Position numbers and translations under genes: made by a program. DNA of 64,000 nt from Octopus sinensis (Eukaryota). The stretch's first letter is position 1; each line of letters begins with the position of its first letter. Positions 52,932-63,854 of this stretch are shown one piece after another. The notes beneath the pieces are model-generated. The model made no database searches and was not told the DNA's origin. It was given only the letters and a program-made list of their open reading frames with translations. The DNA is taken from NCBI RefSeq assembly GCF_006345805.1, contig NC_042997.1:195114001-195178000 (forward strand), in the 5' to 3' direction.

Positions 52932-53556
52932 AGGCAGCGAGCTGGCAGAAATTTTAGCGTGCCGGACGAAATGCTTAGCGGTATTTCGTCTGAGTTCAAA
53001 TTCCACTGAGGTCGACTTTGCCTTTCATCCTTTCGGGGTCTAAATTAAGTACGAGTTACGCACTGGGGTCGATGTAATTGACTTAATACCTATGTCTGTT
53101 CTTGTTTGTCCCCTCTATGTTTAGCCCCTTGTGGGTAATAAAGAAATAGGTATTTTGTCTTCTGTTACGTTCTGAGTTCAAATTCTACCAAGGTCGACTT
53201 TACCTTTCATCCTTCTGGGGTCGATAAATTAAGTACCGGTTACACACTGATTTTGATGCAATCGACTTAATCCCTTTGTCTGTCCTTGTTTGTCCCCTCT
53301 GTATTTAGCCCCTTGTGGGCAATAAAGAAATAAGAAACCAAGCCTAAAAATGAAGCTTATATAATGGGCTTCTCCAACCTTGCCAAAACAGCTGAGGGAT
53401 CTCCATGTTTTCAAGAAGCAACTTAATTTTTTTTTATTGCCCACAAGGGGATAAACATAGAGGGGACAAACAAGGATAGACAAAGGGATTAAGTCGATTA
53501 CATGGACCCCAGTGCGTAACTGGTACTTAATTTATCGACCCGGAAAGGATGAAAGA
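52932..53556. mobile_element. SINE family B dimer (+, 52932-53340) followed by an inverted partial copy (-, 53428-53556)
   Basis: Junction gaaataggtattt at about 53143; the inverted copy matches 53207-53330. Confidence 0.88.
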
Positions 53557-55019
53557 AGCAACTTGACCTCCTACTGTCCAAGGCCCCACATGAACCTACA
53601 GGCAAGAGACTCAAGAGAGCAACAATGTTGAACTCCCTCCTTCACTAAAAACCAGTCGCATAAGAATGGCCGTTGAGAAAAGTGATAACACTGGCAGTGC
53701 CCCAGCATGGCCACAGCGTTTGGGCTGAAATGCACAATGACAACTGGTACGACCATGAAAGAATGACGACAATGACGATGATGATTTTAATGTAAACAAC
53801 TCAGGACATAAGTGATTGTTCTTCTCCAGAGGGCTTGCAGAATTACAGTTATTTAGTGAAAGGCGTAGTTAGTCCTCAACCTACACCTCCTAATTGTAGT
53901 TATTTTCACATAATAATGTAAGCAATGTTCTGTCAGTTTCTCCTCCCTCTGTCTTGCCACCACCACCACCACCAGTTGGTTGCTAGTTAAACTATGTTAT
54001 CTTGTGGTTTATTTTGAGTTTTATTCTCATAGCAATAACCTCCTGATATATAATACTCTCTGAATATTCCCCCACCTGCTGCCACTTGGCCTACCTGAGA
54101 GGCTTCTCTGCATATTTTATTCTTTTGTTGGTTTTTCTCAGTGAACTCTAGCCAAGGACACTACTTTCAAATATTTGACTATAAAACTGACTGTGTCTCA
54201 CCCATAGATTTTTCCACAGATATCTACTAGTTTTAATAAGGATTTCAAATAAAGTTTTACTCTTCACCTAGTCTTTTTCCTAGTTGCTCTCATAACTGGA
54301 CACAAAAACCACAAGGTTTCCGTCTACCAAATCCACTCACAAGGCTTTGGTCAGCCCAAAGCTATAGTAGAAGACACTTGCCCAAGATGTCACGCAGTGG
54401 TAATGAACCCAGAACCATGTGGTTGGTAAGCAAGCTACTTACCACACAGCCCCTCCTGCACCTGTTCAATGATATTGTTAACATTAATTTCACCTAAAAT
54501 ATCTACTTCTATACTTAGTATTAAGTAGAATTAAGGCATTACGAATATTATTTTAGCAAGTTTAAAATGATTTATTGAATAAATTTACTCTTTAGTATTT
54601 CAAGATATTTTAATGTAATTTTGCTAAATCATCATCATCATCGTTTAACGTCCGCTTTCCATGCTAGCATAGGTTGGACGGTTTTGACTGAGGGTTGGCA
54701 AACCTGATGGCTGCACCAGGCTCCAATCTTGATCTGGCAGAGTTTCTACAGCTGGATGCCCTTCCTAACGCCAACCACTCCGATAGTGTAGTGGGTGCTT
54801 TTTACGTGCCACCAGCACGGGGGCCAGTCAGGCAGTACAAAATGAGATGTCAGTGTTATTTTCATTTTTTGCGTAATTTATATGACAGCTTATTCACCAC
54901 ACCCTGTATGTATGTGTATATGTATGTCCTCATATACATGTATGTATGCGTGCATGTGAGGCCATATATTTTTTTTTTATTTCATCATTAATCTTTTCTA
55001 TCTGCCTTTCTATTTGCAG

Positions 55020-55086
55020 ATGTTTTTTCACACTGGCTACTCTGAATACATTTTATTCAAAGATTTACATACAAATTCAGTATGGC
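55020..55086 (+). CDS. SLC31A1: CTR1 second coding exon (MFFHTGYSEYILFKDLHTNSVW)
   Basis: Polypyrimidine tract and tttgcAG acceptor at 55018-55019; donor GTAAGT at 55087; phase 0 to phase 1. Aligns by eye to human CTR1 [23 protein letters not shown]. Confidence 0.93.
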
Positions 55087-55697
55087 GTAAGTATATGCTC
55101 CAATTTTTGATTCACACCATTTTCTTAATAAATTCAATACAAATTAACTTTAGATCACCTCTTCCCTTCCAATAAAGCAAGACTTTCTGACTTTCCTTGC
55201 TATTTTTATCTTTGTTTTCCTCAAAAATTATAACAAAGCATTCGTTTTTTTCTTTACTGTATTTTCTAGCCTAGAAGTCAACTAAGTATATTGTGTAGAC
55301 ACGTAGTATAAACATTTAAATATCATTTTTTTTCCAAATCCTGTTGCATTTTACATGGAATTTTTGGTTCCTCTAAAGTCATCTGGTGTATAAGTTGACC
55401 TAACTTTTTGGTCTGGAAAATTCAACTTGCATGCCGAAAACTATGGTACTTATATTCTTTACTGACATACATCAGTGAAAGAGATGCATGCATGCACATG
55501 TGTGTGTGTGTGTGTGCAGAGATGATTGTGTGGTTAAGAAGTTTGCTTCTTAATCGCATGGTTTCGGTTTCAGTCCCACTGCTTGGCACTTTGGGCAAGT
55601 ATCTTCTAAAATAGCCTCACTTCAACCAAACCCCTTGTGGGTGGATTTGGCAGATGGAAATTGAAAGAAGCTAGGTGTAAATATATGTAACCGCATG

Positions 55698-55900
55698 TGG
55701 ATCGTTGGTGATTTTTTTTTCCTTCATCTTCCTGTTCTCTTGGACTTTCCTCCGTCTCCTGTTTCTGACAAAGAGCTTTGCTCGAAATGTTAAACCATCT
55801 TCCTTTCCTTCCCTGAGCGTCTGCTAATACTTTGCATGTACCACGTCCTTGTGTTGTTGTTTGTTTTTTTCTTTGTTTTTTTGGGGGATTAATTATATCT
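55698..55900 (+). mobile_element. Related Penelope-like repeat (sister subfamily) with hammerhead motif
   Basis: gttt-CTGACAAA-GAGC ttt GCTC-GAAAT-GTT-aaac at 55761-55795; downstream cctgagcgtc...taatact...ccacgtcct matches 34258-34300. Confidence 0.58.
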
Positions 55901-56184
55901 GTCTGTCTGTCTGTATGTATGTATGTATGTATGTATGTATGTATGTATGTATGCATGCATGCATGTATATGTTTGTGTCTCCTCTTGACATCATGGTATA
56001 GTTAAAAATGAATCTCCATCATACAAGCAGTCCCTCATTTCCAATCTTCTCTGAAAATATGTCTGGTCATGAGGATATAATACCTTCCTGGAAAAACAGG
56101 TGAAGGGTATCTGGGAGTAGAAAATCTGCCTCGGCTAATTCCATCTGACCTATGTTAAAATTGACTTTGAAATGATAACGATGA

Positions 56185-56221
<37 letters not shown>

Positions 56222-56361
56222 ATATATAATAGGCTCAGGAGTGACTGTGTGGTGAGAAGCTTGCTTCCCAACCACATGGTACCTTGGTCAAGTGTCTTCT
56301 ACTCAGGTCGACCAAAGCCTTGTGAGTGGATTTGTCAGACAGAAACTGAAGGAAGCCTGTC

Positions 56362-56414
<53 letters not shown>

Positions 56415-57455
56415 AATAGATGAATGCATTTGTGTGTCTGTGTTTGTCAATGTTGGTGTGTTTACATCCCTGTAGCTTAGCAGTTCAGCAAAAGAGACCG
56501 ATAGTATTAATGCTAGGCTTACAAAGAATAAGTCCTGGGATCAATTTGTTCGGCTAAAGGTAATGACTGAAACAAATTAAAGAATATATATACAGATATG
56601 GGTATGTGGATACTGAGTTCACTTTGTACCTATGTGCACCTTGGCTTAATGTAGCTTCAGGTTGGCTAGTGCTTTGTGAGAAAAATTTATGAAATGGAAA
56701 CTGTGCAGAAGCCCTCGTGTGTGAGCATGCAAGTACCCCGGTTTCCGAGAGTCTTCTCATTGCTACTGCTTGAGTCAAAGTGATGTTCTTATTTCCTGCA
56801 TAAATAAAAAGGCTTGCACCTTACTCGTTTCAACTTGCAGAGACACGAAAACAAAAGTGCACCTTGGCTGTAGAATATTCCCTCAAAAAGTCTCATCCAA
56901 CCCATGCCAGGATGGAAAACAATGGACACAAAAACAAGCAATGAGAATCAATATAATGATGTATATATTTGTTCCTAATACATTCTGGCAGATTTGAATA
57001 TGTATCTGTTAACATCATCATTATCATCATTTAGCATCCATTGTCCATGCTGGCATGGGTTGAACAGTTTGACTGGGGCTGGCAAGCTGGAAGGCTGCAC
57101 CAGACTCCAGTCTGATTTAGTTTCTACGGCTGGATACCCTTCCTAATGCCAACCACTCCAAGAGTGTAATGGATGCTTTTATGTGTCACCGGCAAGGGTA
57201 CCATTTGCGTGACACCGATATCTGCCATGACTGTGATTTTGCTCAGCTTGATGGATCTTCTTCTCAAGCACGACATAATGCCAAAGATCTTGATCATTGC
57301 CTCTGTGAGGCTCAACACTCGAAAGGAGCTCAGCCATTTTACCTCTGTGAGGCCCAATGCTCAAATGTTGCTTCAAAGGTCTTGGTCATTGCCTCCACGA
57401 GGCCCAACTCTGTTGTATTTTATTTATAGAGAACAACTTCTTTCATATGATGTGC

Positions 57456-58070
57456 GTTGACGCCCCAATCAACTCACTGATATAGAGAGACTTTGAAACA
57501 CTGGTGTTTCAACTTGGTTGTACCTCTTCAGCAAAGCTGGCCCTGAATAGAGTAGACTTGTGATCAACAATGTTCCACTCATGACCATCTCATCATTTTT
57601 TATCTCAAGGACTACACTGTCTAATGTGACTTTGTTTTCTTTTTTTCTTTAAAGATGGTAAGATGTAATTTGGGGGATATTTTGTTATTTCTAGCAGGCT
57701 GAGGAACCATACAGCTGTTACCTTGTTGGCTAATGATAATGATATTTGTTTTCATTTTTGATTCCTGGTGTTTTAGGTGCACATGACCAGTGTTGACACC
57801 CCAATCAATTCACTGAGACATAGAAAGACTTTGAAACACTGGTGTTTCAACTTGGTTGTGCCTCTTCAGAAAAGCTGGCCCTTAATAGAGTAGACTTGTG
57901 ATCAACAATGTTCCACTAATGACCATCTCATCATTTTTTATCTCAAGGACTATACTGTCTAATGTGACTTTTTTTCTTTTTTTCTATTTTTTTTTTAAAG
58001 ATGGTAGGATGTAATTTGGGGGATATTTGTTTTTATTTTTGATTCCCGATGTTCTACGTGCACATGACCA
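57456..58070 (+). repeat. 336-bp tandem duplication abutting the acceptor of the third CTR1 coding exon
   Basis: gttgac(g/a)ccccaatc at 57456 and 57792; both copies end gtgcacatgacca; copy 2 lacks about 55 bp. Confidence 0.92.
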
Positions 58071-58098
58071 ATTGTCTTTATTGTTTTGTCTTTTCCAG

Positions 58099-58273
58099 AA
58101 ATGGTCATTGCTTGTCTTATCATTTTCATCCTTGCCATGTGGTACGAAGGTCTAAAGGTATTCCGGGAGCAAATGCTGAGGAAATCTAATGTGAAAACTC
58201 GCTATCACAGCATGACAATAGAACCAAGTTCATCTAGGGATACAATAGTTACAGAAGAACATAAAACAGTCGA
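58099..58273 (+). CDS. SLC31A1: CTR1 third coding exon (TM1 and intracellular loop)
   Basis: Acceptor ttttccAG at 58097-58098; C+AA forms Gln, then MVIACLIIFILAMWYEGLKVFREQMLRKSNVKTRYHSMTIEPSSSRDTIVTEEHKTV; donor GTGAGT at 58274, phase 2. Closely matches human [56 protein letters not shown]. Confidence 0.96.
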
Positions 58274-58860
58274 GTGAGTTTTAAGTTCAAAAAACAAATA
58301 TTTGAGAATGTATGTTTTTGAATGTTGTTTGTTTGTTTTTTTTTTGTTTAAAATTGTTTTTGTTTTTTTTCTTAATTTTTTGAGCCTTGACTACAAAGTA
58401 TGTTTTGTTTTGTTTTTTATTTTATTTTCCTCTCATGTGAGAAAATCTTATCCAAGCAATGATTTATAGTCTAGTAACACAGAAGGGCTACACTCATCTG
58501 GTGATTTGCTCAACATCAAACATTACAGATTTAGTATGATTATAGTTAGCTTGTTATTATGGATGTGTAAGTCATAACCACATAGATTTGGGTCCATTTC
58601 AGTTGCATACCATCTACTAAAGATCTGGGTCAACCATAGCCTTAAAATGGATCTGGTTGTCAGAAATTGAATGAATCTTTGTGTGTATGTGTGTGTGTGT
58701 GTGTTCATCTTTCCTTGTTTTGACTTCATGTACTAATTAACTACAAGTGTTCCCATCACACAAGTGTGTCTGATATCATTTGTTTGTACTCTTCCATGAA
58801 AAAATGTTACAATTTTATGCTATCGTAAGAAGTTTTCTTTCCGTGTTAGTAGGAGGAAGG

Positions 58861-58892
<32 letters not shown>

Positions 58893-59188
58893 TTCTGAAG
58901 GTGGATGAGCTTTATACTGTACTCTACCATGTTTCTTAACAAAATATAACCCAACTGGGGTGGCAAGCTGGCAGAAACGTTAGCACACTGGGCGAAATGC
59001 TTAGCGGTATTTCATGTCTTTACATTCTCAGTTCAAATTCTGCCAAGGTCGACTTTGCCTTTCATCCTTTCATGGTTGATAAATTAAGTATCAGTTACAT
59101 ACTGGGGTCGATCTAACCGACTGCTCCCTTCCCCAAAATTTCGGGCTTTGTGCCTTGAGTGGAAAAGAATATAACCTAACTATATATA

Positions 59189-59487
59189 GTTCTATATTTA
59201 AGCGATGAGGAATTATGTACATTATTTACATTATTTGCATACGCGATATGCTCATGGGCATATGGCGTAGTGGTTAAGAGCACGGGCTACTAAGCCCAAG
59301 ATTCCGAGTTCAATTCCAAGTAGTGACCTGAACAATAATAATAATAACATCGAAAAATACCTTAGGAATGAGAACCCAGGTTCGAAATTTCCCCAAGACA
59401 CCTGAAGAAGGCTGGAGGGTATATCAGCCGAAACGTTATGTTAACAACAAACAAGATGAGGACAAATATCCGTCGAATGTAAATAAT
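59189..59487 (+). mobile_element. tRNA-headed SINE with hammerhead ribozyme motif and Penelope-like inverted 5' segment
   Basis: 13-bp TSD ctaactatatata (59176-59188 and 59488-59500); A box 59263-59273; B box 59306-59317; hammerhead core 59402-59437; attatttacatt (59221-59232) is the reverse complement of the 3' terminus 59476-59487. Confidence 0.8.
59397..59442 (+). ncRNA. Minimal type I hammerhead ribozyme motif
   Basis: gacac-CTGAAGA-A-GGCTG[gagggtatat]CAGCC-GAAAC-GTT-atgtt. Helix II is 5 bp, helix III is the palindrome AACGTT, helix I is 4-5 bp with one mismatch. Confidence 0.7.
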
Positions 59488-59533
<46 letters not shown>

Positions 59534-59600
59534 GTTTATTTACTTATTTATAATGGTATAGAGTTATATTTTGGGTGGAAAAGTAAGGCACGAGATATAG

Positions 59601-59855
59601 GGTTGGCGAAAGCGATGTGGTGGACAACGAAAAACCTGGCTGACGACAGTCAAGCCTGATCTCGAACCCAACCTAGGCCCCCGTGTCTACGGCGTTCGCT
59701 GCTGGAATAAGGAGTGGTTGGAGATCACGTGGTGATTAGCCTCAAATTGCCAGGCCTGGTCGGCGTTTGTGAGAGATGCAGCATTGAGGATGAATGAAGC
59801 CAGCTCAACCCACCCCGGGTGAATGCTGTGAAGAGAGAAGAGAGAGAGAAAGCAT
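59601..59855 (+). mobile_element. 3' end of a second RTE-clade LINE family
   Basis: GWRKRCGGQRKTWLTTVKPDLEPNLGPRVYGVRCWNKEWLEITW*LASNCQAWSAFVRDAALRMNEASSTHPG*, then an (AG)-rich tail. Confidence 0.8.
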
Positions 59856-60114
59856 GAGATATAGCATTTGTTGTATATAAGGGGGAACAGTAAGACATGG
59901 GATGTAGTGTATTATATTTTGTTTGTAGAACAGTCAGATGTTAATGCTATCTGAAAGAACCTATTATACAACTGTACTATGATTGTTTTATGGAACTGTA
60001 CTATAGATTCTTCATAGAACTGTCACATAGTTGTGTTATAGAACTATATTCTAGTTGGGTTTTTTTTTTTTATGGTATGTTTACTGCTTTTAGGTTTATG
60101 GTTCTTTTATTCTT

Positions 60115-60320
60115 TCATTCTTTTACTTGTTTCAGTCATTTTGACTTTGACCATGCTGGAGCACCGCCTTCAGTCAAGCAAATCGATCCCAGGACTTATT
60201 CTTTGTAAGCCTAGTATTTATTCTATCGGTCTCTTTTGCTGAACCACTAAGTTACGGGGAAGCAAACGCACCAGTATTGGTTGTCAAGCAATGTGTGTGT
60301 ATATATACACACACACAAAC

Positions 60321-60354
<34 letters not shown>

Positions 60355-60850
60355 GACTGGCTTCTTTCTGTTTCTGTCTACCAAATCCATTCACAAGGCT
60401 TTGGTCGGCCCGAGGCTATAGTAGAAGACACTTGCCCAAGGTGCCACGCAGTGGGACTGAACCTGGAAGCATGTGGTTGAGAAGCAATCTACTTCCCCAC
60501 TTTATAGTTACCTGATTTGGGGTTCTACTACCCTGTGTGGCACCTCTGGCAAGTGTCTTCTGCCAGATTCAATCCCACTGTGTGGTACCTTGGACAAGTG
60601 TCTTCTATTATAGCCTCGAGCTGACCAAAGCCTTGTAAATGGATTTGGTAGACAGAAACTGAAAGAAGCCCATTGTGTGCCTGTGTCTGTCCCCACCACT
60701 CACTACCACTTGAAAACCGGTGTAGGTGTGTTAACATCCCTGTGACTTAGCAGGGTCACAATAACAAGTCCTAAAGTTGATTCATTTGACTAAAAACCTT
60801 GAAGGTTGAGCTCCAGCATGACCACAGCCTAATGACTGAAACAAACTGAG
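60115..60850. mobile_element. Divergent inverted pair of SINE family A copies (60115-60500 minus, 60540-60850 plus)
   Basis: Head-to-head copies about 40 bp apart in a CTR1 intron. Confidence 0.8.
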
Positions 60851-62319
60851 CTTCAAGTGGTGGTCTTGTTGTCATTTTCCCCCATCATTCAATTGTCCAT
60901 TGGTTTTGTGCCTTTGAAGAAATGTGGAATAAAGTATCCCCTTTCCTGAAAAATAGGGTCAGGGTTAGTGACAGGAAAGGCATTCAGCTGTAAAGCAATG
61001 CTTCAGTAATATAGTGACAGGCAGAATGCTTAATGGTATATTGTCTGTCTTTACGTGCTGAGTTCTAATTCTGCTGAGGTTGACTTTGCCTTTCATCCTT
61101 TTGGGGTCAATAAAATAAATACCAATTGAGTACTGGGCTCGTGTAATTGACTTAGTTACTCACTCTATTAAACTTGCTGAGCCTTGTGCCAAAGTTTGAA
61201 ACCTATATCTGTCTCTGATTATTAAAAGAAGAAGAAAATATAACCTATGGTAAGGGCAGAGGAACCTGCCCAGGCCAATGACCTCATGTTTGGGGCCAAG
61301 GCATGTCTGAGATAGAGGTATATGGTTGTGGTTAACAGCTTGGAGAGGAATGGGTGCTGCCAAGCTAACTTGCCCATGATACATTTATGATGATGACTAC
61401 CTGACTGGAATCCATGCTGGATTGGTTGTTGCCCAGGTTACCATATAAAAGAGTAGACAGGCCTCAATTTTGCCAAATCATAAAGGGTAGCAAAAGACTA
61501 AGAGAAGTCATGAAGTCTGGTTGTGACGCCATCAACAATTGCTCCAACAACCTTGCCATCAAAGGATAGGAAGGAAGGAAGGAAGGACAAATGGAAAAGG
61601 TGTGTGTGTGTGTGTGAGTGCATGAGAGAGTAATGTATATTTTTACATATCTTTTGTCTTGACAGCTGTGTGGGAAATATTGGTGTCATGTTTACGTTTC
61701 TCATGTCATCTGGCTTGACAGCTTCACACCTGTAGCAGCAGCAGGTGCAATAAAAATGCATTAATAGCAAAAAGGGTGTCTGGCCAGAGAATACTATCTC
61801 AATAAGTCTCATCCAATCCGTGCCAGCATGGGAAAAACAAACATAAAAATGATGATGATGATGATGATTGTGGTGGTAGTAGTGGTGGTGATAATAGTGA
61901 TGATACTGATTCCAGGTATGATGATGATGATGATGAATGTGGTGGTAGCAGTGATGATTATGGTGGTGATGATGATAGTCATTGAAATTTCTGTTCCAGT
62001 ATTCTTTGATGACCAAGGCAGCGAGCTGGCAGAATCGTTAGCACGCCGGGCGAAATGCTTAGCAGTATTTCATCTGTCTTTACGTTCCGAGTTCAAATTC
62101 TGCCAAGGTCGACTTTGCCTTTCATCAATTTCAGGGTCGATAAATTAAGTACCAGTTGTGTGCTAAGGTTAATCTAATCGACTGGCCCCCTCCCCAAAAA
62201 TTTTGGACCATGTGCCTAAAGTAGAAAAGAACATTCTTTGATGACCAGTGTATGTTTAGAATTACATAAAGGAACTTCTACATCCATATATTAACTTTGA
62301 ATAAGCTGTTCACAATGCC

Positions 62320-63320
62320 ATACCATAGAACTCTTGTGCCTATAGTTACTTACCACACAGCTACTTTTGCGCCTATAGCTACTTACACAGCCACTCTTGT
62401 GCCTATAGCTACTTACTACACAGCCATTCTTGTGCCTATAGCTACTTACCACACAGCGATACCACAGTTGATACCATCTCTGGCAAGGGCTTTGAAATAA
62501 AACCAAGAAGTTCCAGACACCCAGCTGAGTACTTGACAGACACTGACTTTGCTGATGACATCGCTCTTATCAGTGATTCTCTCTCCAATGCCCAGTTTCT
62601 TTTAAAATCTCTTGAACAAGCCTCAAATTGTGTAGGTCTTTACCTCAATGAGGCCAAGACTGAATACATAAACAAGTGCCTGTCCAACAGTGATTGCATC
62701 ATCCATACTCTCAACAATGCGCCCTTAAATATGGTTTCTGATTACAAATATCTTGGGTCATACATATCATCATCTGGAAAAGACTTTCTAACTAGAAAGG
62801 GTATGGCCTGGTCATCAAATCTAAGTAGAGACTTCAAACTTGAAATCTTCAAAGCCGCAGTCGAACCAATTCTACTATATGGCTCAGAAACCTGGACGTT
62901 ATCAAAGAAGCTTGAGAGGCAGTTGGATGGAACCTACACTCGCCTCCTTATGAGAGCTCAAAATCTCTCGTGGAAGCGCCATCCAACCAAAATGCAAATA
63001 TATGGGAAACTACCACCTGTGTCATCTCTTGTGAAAGGTAAGAGAGTCCAGTTTGCTTCTCCTCTGGAAGCCATCTACTCACAATACCAGAGGGCGCACA
63101 CTCTCCTACCCTGTTGTAATCTCCAGGGATACAGGCATCCAGCAACAGGACCTCCGTAATGCCATGATGGACCATGAAGTCTGGCGGAGCATGGTAAATT
63201 CCATTGTCTCGACCACGGTCGAACAATGATGATGACCACACAGCCACTCCTGTGCCTATAGCTATTTACCACACAGCCACTCCTGTGCCTATAGCTACTT
63301 ACCACACAGCCACTCCTGCT
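62320..63320. repeat. About 33-bp minisatellite derived from a SINE A head, split by a LINE
   Basis: Unit gtgcctatagctacttaccacacagccactcct, about 4 copies before and 2.5 after the LINE. Confidence 0.9.
62458..63235 (+). mobile_element. 5'-truncated, internally deleted RTE-like LINE, third family, with 9-bp TSD
   Basis: GFEIKPRSSRHPAEYLTDTDFADDIALIS...YKYLGS...LLYGSETWTLS; (GAT)n tail; TSD ccacacagc at 62449-62457 and 63236-63244. Confidence 0.92.
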
Positions 63321-63800
63321 TAGTGGTACTTTGTCCATGTCTTTATGTTCTAAGTTCAAATTCTGCTGTGGTGGACTTTGCCTTTCATCCTTTCAGGGTT
63401 GATAAAATTAAGTACCAATTGAGCACGGGGCTCAATGTAATCAACTTACCCCCACCTACCAAACTTACTAGCCTTGTGTCAAAATTTGAAACCTATATCT
63501 GTTTCTGATTATGAAACAAAAAAAAGCAAATTGTTCCAACAGCTGTTATAGTCACACCAATAAGTGGAAGAAAGGTAAGCTACTTAGCTACAGAACAGAA
63601 AACGCTGCAGCAAGATCTGGATTAGCTGTAGTATTTTAATAACTAATTCTTCTTTTAATGACCCTTGAATACTTAGAAATCTAAGAAATACCAAAAACCC
63701 ATACACATTGTCTGCAATTTTCCTTGAAGCCTATGAAGTTCTTGTACATCATTATCAACAGTTTTTTTTTTCTGTTGTTTTATTTTCTGAAATCTTTTAG

Positions 63801-63854
63801 GTCATTCAGTGTAAATCACCAACAAAAATCTAGCAGTGCGGAACCTTCTGTAAG
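63801..63854 (+). CDS. SLC31A1: Candidate additional symmetric (phase 2-2) CTR1 loop exon, (E)SFSVNHQQKSSSAEPSV(R/S)
   Basis: Long T-rich tract ending aatcttttAG at 63799-63800; 54 nt open in the frame left by the previous exon; donor AAG|GTAGTA at 63855 (moderate strength). No homology evidence. Confidence 0.5.

Noticed and set aside
59258-59325. Possible tRNA gene
   Set aside because: The acceptor stem and T-arm are incomplete and the segment is the head of a TSD-bounded SINE. The same applies to the other SINE heads.
61498-62016. 172-aa poly-His ORF near a copper transporter
   Set aside because: It derives from a (GAT/GGT)n microsatellite tail on the opposite strand; not an exon.
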